Source of the DNA: Hydrolagus colliei | Lineage: Eukaryota | Length of the DNA stretch: 64,000 bases | Reading direction: 5' to 3' | Assembly: GCA_035084275.1 (NCBI GenBank) | Contig: CM068747.1 | Span: 2,790,001-2,854,000 of the forward strand | Part shown: in pieces, positions 9,470-20,700 of the stretch | Layout: each line of letters opens with the position of its first letter | How positions within the stretch are numbered: the first letter of the stretch is position 1 | The notes under the pieces: model-generated | Told to the model about the DNA's origin: nothing | The model's database searches: none | What the model saw: the letters and a program-made list of their open reading frames with translations, nothing else | Program-made: the position numbers and the translations under genes

Positions 9470-11554
9470 ATAAGTAACGCAGAATTTTATTAGTGTTTAG
9501 ATGAGAAGCAATTTATTTTGCAAATCATCACTCTACAGCAACAAATACAAGTGCAAATTTGACTTAAAAACATGAACAAAGCTAACACCAGCCAATCCCC
9601 AAATAGCTTCCTGTTGTAACAGACTCCAGAATGACATGACATGAAACACATTTCTAAAACACATTAAAATCCTGTGGCCTACATCAGGACATATATTTTT
9701 TTCCCTCATTTATTTGTTCCCTTAAAGTTGAAGTATTTTTTTTTGTTGGACTATTATGATGCAAAATTAAAACCACAAATCTCAGACTATCCCTTTTAAA
9801 GCAGTCCGACTTTCACTAAGTTCCCATCGCTCCCAGTTTGACAGTATCTTGCTGCAATGCAGACTGTATGTAATTTTCTTAATGAAAAATATGCAGCATT
9901 CCTATCAATACATTCTGATCATCTTAAAATACATTGCCGTTTATGCTTACAAAAGGTTGGTTTAACTTTCCAAAGCATTTTTACAAAGCTAGTGAAAAAC
10001 AGGTGAATTCTGAAGTTATTTAATTCTCCTTAGTTTGATTAAGCGAATAAATATCTGCATGGAACCTCTTCATAAGGCTGCAGTATTTACAAAATTACTT
10101 TTGGATTAATTTTTTTTATTAGTTTTGATTACACAGTCTATCCACCTCTGGAGAACAGATACTGTCTCTTTCTAAACGCTAACAACCCAATTACCAACTG
10201 CTGCTGTCATACCTTCTTCCATCAAAAATGAATTTTCACTTATTCATTTGAGCTATAATTGAATTCCACTGACGTTGATCTGTGAGCAAAGAGAAATGCA
10301 TTCAAGTCTGACTTTGGTAATTCTGAAATGAAGCCAACACATGTTAAAAAAAAATACTCCAACATTATCATTTTGTGGTATAAAAATCACACTATTCTTC
10401 TTCATATATGCCCCAGTATTTAAACACACCTGGTTTGCCAAGTGAAATAAGCAGAAAACAGCGCATACCAAATGCTGTGTGACCCCCTCAGTACATCAAT
10501 ACTCTACGAAGCGATTGTTTGAAATCTTTTAGCTAGCATTACATCCACAAACTTGCATCTGGCACTAAAACAAGGTCACAGCTTTTGGTTGTTACAGAAA
10601 GCACTTCATGCTAAAAGTTTTATTTTCAAGAGAGAATTCTAACAGTATAACTGCTAACAACTACTTTATCCTAAACAGTGACACCAAAGGGTGCAGAAAC
10701 ACAGATACTGTGAATAAAAGCGTAACTTCAAGTATATGAGGGATAACACAACTGGTTGCAGAGGAATATCTATAATACTGTATCAAACAGCTGATCAAAC
10801 AGAATATGAAAAATTGGTGTATTATAGAAATCTAGCACTGAATTGACATTCTAATCAGATACAAATCCACAGCACAGGAAATGTATTCTATTTAAAATAG
10901 CTGCTCCCTATTTGTGAATAATATTATTCCCATTTTGTCGTGTGGTTTACATTGTAAAAATGCCAATCAAAATGATCTTGTGAACAGACACATTAATAGT
11001 GTATCAATGTCATGTCTAGACCATACATAATACTTCAGCCATTAACTTATCAAACCATCTGTCTTTCCTGAACCATGCAGTACTAGGCAGGTTCTGTGTC
11101 TTCACCAGACGTCTGACACGTTTATTCCCATTTAATCAGAGTATGCAATTCATTTGCTCATCTTGTAATAAATATTAAGAATAGGTGCCTCCCTCATCTA
11201 CAAAGAATTATGAGTTCAATGTTGAACGAGTGGCTGGGAATAAAACTATGACAGCTGCTTTCAGAGCAGTGGTCCATTTCAACAGTGCCTTTAGGCTTTT
11301 AAACATTGCAAATGCATTTGCCATCAGTCCATGCAAAAAGAGCTGAGCAACAACATTGCTATGCGTGATGTACAGCAGTTGTACCCACCTAAAGCCAGAG
11401 ATGCCTGGCGTGAATGGAAACGAGATTTTGTTTTTAATTCACTACAGTCTTGGGACATGATTGCTTATTTAATTGAAAGGAATAAATGCAATCCCACCCT
11501 GAGCTCAAGAAAACTCAAAGCACATGCTACAAACAAACAAACAGGACAGCAAAG
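9470..11554 (-). other. MAP2: Probable MAP2 3'UTR (about 2.1 kb)
   Basis: Repeat-free, AU-rich stretch after the stop codon, ending near two AATAAA hexamers; repeat-derived sequence resumes below about 9200. The 3' end is inferred. Confidence 0.6.
9486..9517 (-). terminator. Tandem AATAAA polyadenylation signals (candidate distal MAP2 poly(A) site)
   Basis: tttatt on the + strand at 9486-9491 and 9512-9517. Other hexamers exist further upstream in the UTR. Confidence 0.5.
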
Positions 11555-11770
11555 TCACAATCCTTGTTTGGCCAGTGCAGCGGTCACATCCTCAGCAAGT
11601 GTGGCAAGTTGGGGCGACTCCATTAAATTGATGCTTCCAGAAGATGAGACGTTGCTGAGTCTGTGAGGAGTCGCGGCCCCGGATAAGCCAGGGGACTGAG
11701 TGACAATATCAGCCCCGTGGTCCACACGAGCTCTGGCATTTTCACGGAAAGAAAGTTTGTGACTTTCGAT
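11555..11770 (-). CDS. MAP2: MAP2 last coding exon
   Basis: caacag|[27 protein letters not shown]...[30 protein letters not shown]. Confidence 0.96.
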   Translation of the reverse strand: MESHKLSFRENARARVDHGADIVTQSPGLSGAATPHRLSNVSSSGSINLMESPQLATLAEDVTAALAKQGL

Positions 11771-14700
11771 CTGTTGAGAAAATCAGGAAGGCGTTATACA
11801 AAATGACTGACAGACACGATCATAGCCTGTACTAGTTTCTACATCTTACAATATCATATTTGTAATTTTTGCATAAATTAATTAGCAAGTGCTGAATAGA
11901 TGTCAGCGAATGGCAAGCCGATTTTCTAATTAAAGGATTTAATTAAATCATGTGTCACCAGAACACCAAGAACTGAATACTGTTTAGTGTAACCCATTTT
12001 TCCAAACTTGTATGCATGTGCTCTGCATGCTACAAAAGTACAACTCGTGAGTGGAATGGAACGAAATATCCCAAACTGCGGTGCTAAAAGTTTATTTAAA
12101 ATAGCAAAAAATAAGTTATTTGCAGTAAAGGATAGCTTTATACAGTAATAGCAAAATACCCCCAAACTGCAGGGCTAAACATTTATTTAAAACAGCACAA
12201 AATAAGTTATTTGGATTAAAGGATAGCTTTCTCAAAACAAGAGTCCAATCGTGGCTTCCTCCTTTATATATGTCAGCAGGCCCTGCAAGTCACAAGTTCA
12301 TGCATTTCCTGAAATGTGACCCATTTTACCCTTTTTCCTTATAAAAATATATTTTAAGATGTTCAGTAAACATACATAACTTACTTGGCTTCCTAAGTAT
12401 GTTAATATGTTTATTTTTTTAAATACAATATAGCACACTTGTAATGTGCTTGTCTTTCTGACGAGAAGGGCACTGTACAAATGTAATTTGTTGTTGCAAG
12501 GATTTTTTACTTCACACATTGACTTTTAAGCATGGACATTGAAACTGAGTGCAGATTAATCTTTGTTCCTACCTTTATGTGTCCACCTCCTGGAGTATGG
12601 CGAGTGTTATCAAGTGAGCCAACCTTGGCTTGAGCTTTTTCCTTAAAATCCAATTTCTGACTTTCAATCCTAATGCGTCCTCCACCTGCACAGAACAAAA
12701 ATATTTGTTTTTTATTGCAAGATCTTACAAAAGAGAACATTTCTTTTTGAAAAATCAGATAGAGAGGAAATCAAAGGCAACACTTGTACCTGGCCTATAG
12801 CGTATGTTGCTGAAAGAGCCACACTTTGATGTGACATGACTCACGTCTATTTTCTTGGTAACGATTTGTATCTGAAGGACATGAAAATAACCTATTAGAG
12901 CTGACAGAAAATGGTTAGTTTGAGATTTTATTTTATTTTTACTTTGAGATTTGCAAAGCAAAACACTGCACAAACACAGTTTGTCATTCATTTAAAGATC
13001 ACTTAATTAAGAAATATTCTGCAATGACATACAATAGAGGAAAGGAGCTGCCAACAGTTTCAGAATAAAATACGATTGAGAAACATAGGTTATTACTAAG
13101 TTAGATTCAATGAAGAGAAACGCGGAAACTGGTTAATGACATGGTGTTAATGAACACATCACAAGACAGAATGTATCCTGTTTATCTCCGGTCTAAGTAA
13201 AAGAGGTGATGAGTATAAGAGCCTTTCATGTTTTGTGTGGACATCTGAAAATGCTAAGTATTCCATTAGCAATGAATTAAAATATTTTTAAAAAATACCC
13301 AAAAGCAAAGTACATCTCATACAATCTCCATCACAGCATTATTTTTTATGCTGGTTTCAACAGGACCATAAGAGAGGACAAATATTAAACAAGTTATTTT
13401 CCTGACAAAAACTACAAAACAACAAAATTAACAACAAAAGAACACCCACACATATACAGTAGTATCCCTATGAATATTGGCAAAACGTGTATGCAGGGGC
13501 TGCTGAATTGCTTAGTCCATATACAGTACAGGGATGTTCATTAAGCAGACTGAATATTAGCAAAGACAGAACACAATTAACAAGGGGAAGTTGGTTAGTT
13601 GAAACAAATTCCCCTTTATCAATATGATTTTTGTCAAGGTTACTCGTACTACAAATTCTTCTTGATGCGTCTAAAGTACCTTGAAACATGAAATAAAATT
13701 AGATGCCATAAATGTGATCAAAATAAAACACACAAGGTAAGCACTTATAGAAAGTATTGAAATGAAGATATGCAAAGTAAATCTCATCATACAATGTGTG
13801 AAATGTTGCAAAACAAACAGGCGTTTTTCTTTGAAAAGAAAAATATCCGATGTGTTCTGGTCAGAAATATAATAGAAGTAATACAGATTTTTTGCTGCCA
13901 TCAATCAAATTGTCATTTTTAAAAAACAAGGAAGTGACTCACGTTTCCAATCTGGGGAGAGTAACGTATGTTGTCCATCGAGCCACATTTTGGCTGAATA
14001 TGGGTAAAATCAGGTTTTACATTTGCTATATGTACCTAGAAATGACAGGGACTTTACCAGTCAATATCTGCACAATTTTCATTCAGTGACAAAAAAACCT
14101 GGGCAATCTATGGTATATCAGAAAACACAAATTCTGCTTCTATTAAAAAGGAATTTTGTTTTCCACATTCTAATAAATTATTTGATTTCCAGATGGGGAA
14201 TGAATAAAATATTTCATGACATTTGATGGTCATATATAAATGGTCTTTTAAAGTTCAAATTCAAGATTTTAATGACCAGTTTAATCCAAACTTTTGATAG
14301 ATTGTGGTTGGTAGAAAAAAAGTTTGTAGTTTGGGCTAAAATTCCTGTTTAAAACAGCATTGCATTTAAAATAATCACCATTTATTACATATCTCCACAT
14401 TTTTACTATACCAAAATGTCTCGTAGGAAGTAGCATATTTCATTAATGCAGCTTTTAAAAATCACAGCAGGTATTTATATAAATATACACAAATAATCAA
14501 AACTCTTTTGATCATTAATGTTATTTTATCCAATTACAAAACTTGTTCAATGCAGTTAAAAATAAATAAAAAATAATAAAAATAAAAATGCAGCATAAAA
14601 AGCTTCATGTGCAAACTTTAAAGAGGGCAGTTTGGTTAACAAAATATTTAATCAAAAGTGCTTGCTCTACTAGTCAATTGCCTATCAGTTTTTCTGGGCC

Positions 14701-17700
14701 TCAATGGGTTTCATTTTGGCTCTACAACATGACTGGGAATAACACGACCAAACCTGCAAGCAATAGTTACTTGTTACAGGAATAACCAACATTATTATTT
14801 ATTGTACAGTAACATTCTATATAGATGCCCACACGTTTATTGTATTGGAATTTAATTATTATCCTTCACATTTCTCCTTTCTGCCATTCCACAGTAAGAT
14901 TAGAAGTAGATAACTGGGCAAACATCTCCTTGGATGCCATCAATATAGCTCTTTCGTTGACTGATCAAAAGGTATAGTTAAGCAGTCTGATTTCTTTCTC
15001 TTTTTGCTTTCCATCTGAGACTGCCCCACGAAGTTAAGAAGCAATATGTACTTCTTAAATATGGTAGAAGAGTTAAAATATTATGTTATAAAGCTAAAAG
15101 GATTCAACTGCAAAGTAGTTTGCAATTTGAAATAAATGACTGATCCTAGCTCCCCTCATAGTTCAGCTATTTTATTCATTAAGTAACTGAGATATACAGA
15201 TGCCAAAAATCCAACCTTCAATCTTACGTTGGAGAAATCAAACACCTTCAAAAGAATAGGTGAATGTAAAACTAATATTACCACAGTGATATATACATGT
15301 ATAAATGTAGAGAAACAGTGGCATATAGAGCTAAACTGCTATTGATTACAGAAAGTGCAGGTACTTAGTATTCACTATAATTATTCCTGCGCTCACTTCT
15401 ATCAGCTGAGCCCTGGACTTGGGTCCAGACGTTTCTGGGTCCACTTGGCTTTCCGACTACAACGTGACTCCATTTGGAGGGGAAGTAACCAGAGTTTTCA
15501 TGGGATTGAACTGGCTCCAAGAAGACATGCCTACGCCTGGCAAAGACACATCAGCCCACAGGAATTCTAACCATTGTTACCAGATGATTAATTTTGCTTA
15601 TCAATGAGAATTGGAGTTGTAGATACGTCCGTCACCTTATAAGCCAAAGCCCTAAAAGTAGTCCTGGCTGAGTAGCATATTTAAACCTTACAGTAAGAGT
15701 ATGAACCTAGCTTTACATTTGTGAAACCAATAAAAATTTATCATAATAAAGCAATATTGCAAACATCTTCCCCCACAGATGTGTCACGGTTAAATGCACT
15801 TTACAATTGTTAGGAGGTTGATATCGTCGACATTGAATAATAGTGTAGCTTTGAAAAGCATCTCTGCAGAGTCTGTTTTGCAAAGTGCATTACCTAGCGA
15901 AACTACAATGCAGATGAAATTGCTTTGTGAAAATGAAGGAGGAAGGAAGAGAAGTCACAAAGTAATTTCACCCACATTATAATTCTAGGCCATAAGATGT
16001 GTTTGGACTCAGCGCTTTGTGGCTTTTGTAAGCAGTATAAAATTTCAGCAAGTTAAGATCTCCCAAGTGAATAAGATGTTAAGACTTATTCAGACAGACT
16101 GTTTGCATGCACAATGAACTTTGCTGGCTTGGGTCTGATTACCAATTGATAAAATGTTTCTGCTTTGGAGAAAAAATACTTTTCTTTCAACTCATTGTAT
16201 CGAGCAATCCTAATTAAAGTTAGCAATTAAGAGGGGAGGGAGGAGGAGAAAGAGATCATGGTTTGCTCTGATTAGATTGTTGGGATGAGAGGGTACAAGG
16301 ATTCCAGTTATACGCTCACATTTAATGTTGGAACACCGTTTCTCCTCACATTCGAATTACACGTGTGATTAGCTACCTTCACATCCACTTCAAACCTTCT
16401 GCTGTGATTTCGGGGCTTGTATAAAATTTATGCTTTCTTAGGAGTGTTTTCAAATGAATACCTTCAAAATCAGATTAATTTCCTGCAATGTAAAATAATC
16501 CACTGCACCACTGCATTTCTTGGTCAGGAAAAAAGCACCTTTCCACAATGCATTCCCTATTCAGAACAAGCGGAGGAGTTCATAGATAACTAGACAAGTA
16601 AACACACACATCTCACTCTTATCAATGGATGGATTTTCCCTTAAATTAAATTGGTCATTCTGTGACAGATTCATCGCATACTTGCCTATAGTCTGAATCT
16701 GTGCTGCAATTCAATTTGATGGTTTTAAATCACATGAATAAAACAAATTAACAAGAGGCTGACTTTCACCACACTTCAGTACAAGTCATTGCCTTAGACA
16801 ACTCTATTTTTAAATTACCTTAAGCCACCATTCATTATTGGCCCATGGGAATTTCTTTCCTTCCTAAATTTACATGTATTCACAAGAGATACTTACATTT
16901 CCTCCCCCGGGAACATACTTGACGTTAGTCGTGGAATCGCATTTTGATTGGACATAACTGTAATCAAACTTCTTGCTTAAAATTTGGACCTGGATGCAAA
17001 TGATTCATAAAACACAATAAGTGTTCCATTAAACGCATGCAACATCAAGGCATCGATTCAAAAGCCGAGCAGTCTGTTTGCTGGCTTACCAAAGGAGTGT
17101 CTCAGTTTGGAGCCCTAGCACTGTACTGCCACCTAAACCAGACTGCTATACGAACACTAACAATGTCACTTCATGAGCAAAGGAATTGCCTCTCAATGGA
17201 GAAAAATGTACATGAGAGGTGGGGATTGGGGGTGGGTGTTGGTAGAACAATTCAGTTTCTTTGATTTTTTTGATGAATAATTATGCATATTCCTACTTAA
17301 CCGGACAGTTACTGTGATACTTTTCTCCAGTTCATCAATCTTGCTTACGCAGCATGAGGAAATGTAACTGTACGGTATTGTTGCAACGCACTCTCACTTC
17401 CTTTACTTAAAAGTAAATAAAACAAGAAAAAACTTGTATATTTGACTAAAACCTTGTAGATTTGCTGTAATTTCCCCAAAATAAAAATTGATAACCGTTG
17501 ACATTAAAGTGGAAGCCAGGAGTCAATTTTCTTTTTAACTTTTACATATTCCCTAGCTTTTTTTTAACTGCGTGATTTGAGCAATGTTTGAGGGGAAATG
17601 GTAACTTAACACACTGGTACTTTATTGTGCCATTGTATGGATGGTTAGACTACAACATCAATTTTAATATTCTCTGCAGTCAGTTGGAACTCTCAGTCTG

Positions 17701-20700
17701 CGGCCAGGTGAAAAGTATAAAAAAGGAAGCCAGGTGCTTCCTTTCATAATAGATGCTTTTGAATTCCTCTTTGTACTTAGCAGCAGTGGCTTTGGGAGGA
17801 AAACCTGGGTTAATGCCACATGCTCACCAACCTCAGTAGGAAATGGTATATGGAGCAAAAAAAATCATGTTTCAAATTGAACACAAGTCATTCTTTGGTC
17901 AATGTACAATACCTCAGACTCATTCTTCATGATCCTGAGCGAACTTTGTCCTATACACTGTACATCCACTATCGATCCAATCGTCTAAAGTTTTCTAAAT
18001 CAACCAAGTGCCAAATGGTATTCATAAGAGATGCTTTTTGAAACAGCAGTTAATCTAGATCACAACGGCCTTCTGTTTGCTTGTGTACCATGGATAATTG
18101 TATTTGCAGTTCTAAATACGCTGTCAGCAACACACATCACTGAATCACATTTCCAGTTAACTTGACAAATTAGACAGCATCAGGCCAATAGCTTGCAATC
18201 TTCCGAAGAAAAATTCTAATCTAACAATCTATCAAATTATAGTTAAGGTAACTCAACTTCATCAATCACATATTGTCTAAACCAGGCATGGGAGCACGAA
18301 TGTGCTTTGTAAATAGTTCCAGTAGTTAGAACACATGGTTCAACCAACATCTATATTAAACAATTATTGATGGTCCCGTCAAGTCATTATTTCACATAGT
18401 TGGGTCTTGGGTATCTACACCCCAGTTTTTCACCTTAAATAAAATGACCTGGTTACAGGAATTCAGAGAGCTCACCACAACAGTTGAGAATTTGCCAATC
18501 CTCTTTATTCCATAATAAACAGTGAAGAACCAAGGTGCATAATTCAAAATAGCACAAATAATACATTTTCAGGGAGAAATCGAACTGCACACACACTCTT
18601 TGAGGATCCTGAGAAACAATGAGTTGAAGTAGGAAGTGGTGGAGTGAGTTTTGATATCAACACTGGGAGGATGCAGAGAAGCAAAGAGGTTGCAGGTGAA
18701 TATATAGGCATTTGGGTCCAATGTCTTAGCAAACGCATTATAAACGAGGTGCAAAAATGTAGCCTATCCCAAGGTTTGTCAGTGATGTGACTTTCTGCAT
18801 GCTGAACATTTGTGCCATGCACGAGAAGTGCTGCTGACATCATCCCTTTGACCAAATGCTATCAGTAGCATTTCCCATAGATACTGAACATGCGCAGCAA
18901 CACACAGGAGGTAAGGTTAGTGCAGTTTCCTACATATAGGAACTCTATAGGAGATCTGGTCTACGGCTGAGCCAGCACAGTAATTGAGCCTGCCCTCTTG
19001 TTTGGAGCTTCGGAAACTCAACAGAGTAAAGGTGGAGTGAGGATGAATAAAATAGAGAAGCAGTAGCAGGGCTGAGCAGAGAGATGTTGAAGGCTGCAAG
19101 TGGAAGAGGGATCACCCATCGGATTACAACTTGCTCCTTGAATCCTGTCCAATGTACAAGAGAGATGCTAAAAGACACACTGGATGTTGAAGTGCCAACA
19201 TGCTGTGCCGCAGAGTGCACTGAGAAGAGACTAGGCACTCCCTCATGGGAATGAAAAGCTATTAATGACAGACTGCTGTACACTCTTCCAAATAGCAATT
19301 GAATGTTATAGGCAAAGCTGGTTATCTGCCCAAGCTAGTCAGCGGTGGCCAAAGAGAAGAAAAACACACACGTATAAAGTACCACAATTGCATTCAGCGC
19401 CTTGGGACGTCCTCCTGACGTGAAAGGCCCTATACCCATGCAATTTTGTTGTTGTTATGATTCATCCCTCCACAAAAACCCCTCTTTCGTAAGTTTGTTT
19501 ACTGTAACTGCCCCCATTTTTTTCAATATATGGGTTGCTTATATGGTTTGTTTCAAAAAGATGAAAAAAAAGTAAAATCTATTATTTGCAAAGAACAAAC
19601 AGCTTCAAATGTTACATGATCAATAGCAGTTCCAGTTCTGCTTAATCAATCAACAGGAATATCCTTTTTTTCAGTGTTACTTTAATGCCAATGGAAAGAA
19701 AACCGTGTCCTCATTAGAATATTTTGACTAGGATATCTGCAAATGCAAACAATGAAGGCATTGGCCACATTTCTATGGTACCCATGTGTGTTACGTCAAA
19801 TATACTTTTGAAGCATTGGAAGAATATTTTGGTGTGTTCAAACTATTTCTTCTTGGTGCTTCTAAGTTATTATACTTGAATATCTCTCGACATTACTTGA
19901 TGACATTACTTAAGAAATCAAAGCATTGTTTCCTGTAGAACAGGACCAACAGAAAACAACCTGATTGTAATATATATACCTAAATTACTGAAGTTGGAAG
20001 CAGTTTCTACTCCCTGTTACTCCTGCGAAGCAAAACTCCGAATTGGTTCCAGCTGCACCAAGAAGCTTGCCAGCCAATGATCTTAATGCCAAGCTATGGG
20101 GTAACAGCTGGTTCAATCACTCCAATTCCCAATCTTTGGATCTTGCCAACCTGCACCTAATACTCACCTGAAGTAGTTGAGCAGGGTGAAGCTCTCCAGG
20201 GATCTAGTGCACGTTCCATTCCAGAAATTTCCATGTTTGGGTGGAAAAAAATTAATGGAATTCTGTCTGGTCTGGATACTCTTAAGCAACGTTGATGGGT
20301 TTCTCTATGTGACACCTGGCTGATCAAATAAAAAGCCAGAACCTTGATCGATCATCTGCACACACAATTCAGTGAATGTGCATTATTCAAAAATGTAACC
20401 CCTTTCTCTTGTGACTCTTCGCAAGTGAAAAAAAGCTGAGAGAAAGTACTGGTACTAATTGTAACATTTCTGCATCTTTTTGGAGTTATTTAAAGGCAGT
20501 GTGCCTTTTCAGGAAGAGAGCATAGTCATCATGTCTATCATTGCCCCTGCAACCCTCTGACATACGGATTATGAAAACACAGTAGGCAAAAATACAAAGG
20601 CACTTTCATCAGGAATTGATTAGGCTGGCGTTAGACCATGGTCTGATACCGTAACGATAAGGACCATTCTGGTTCTGCTGTAAACCCATAGCAACTCAAA

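Noticed and set aside
18560-19300. ORFs of 60-117 aa in a GC-balanced intronic stretch
   Set aside because: No splice-consistent frame; probably a highly decayed LINE fragment that I cannot classify.
20160-20230. Strong minus-strand donor (cag|gtgagt) in a MAP2 intron
   Set aside because: No convincing upstream acceptor or MAP2-like reading frame.
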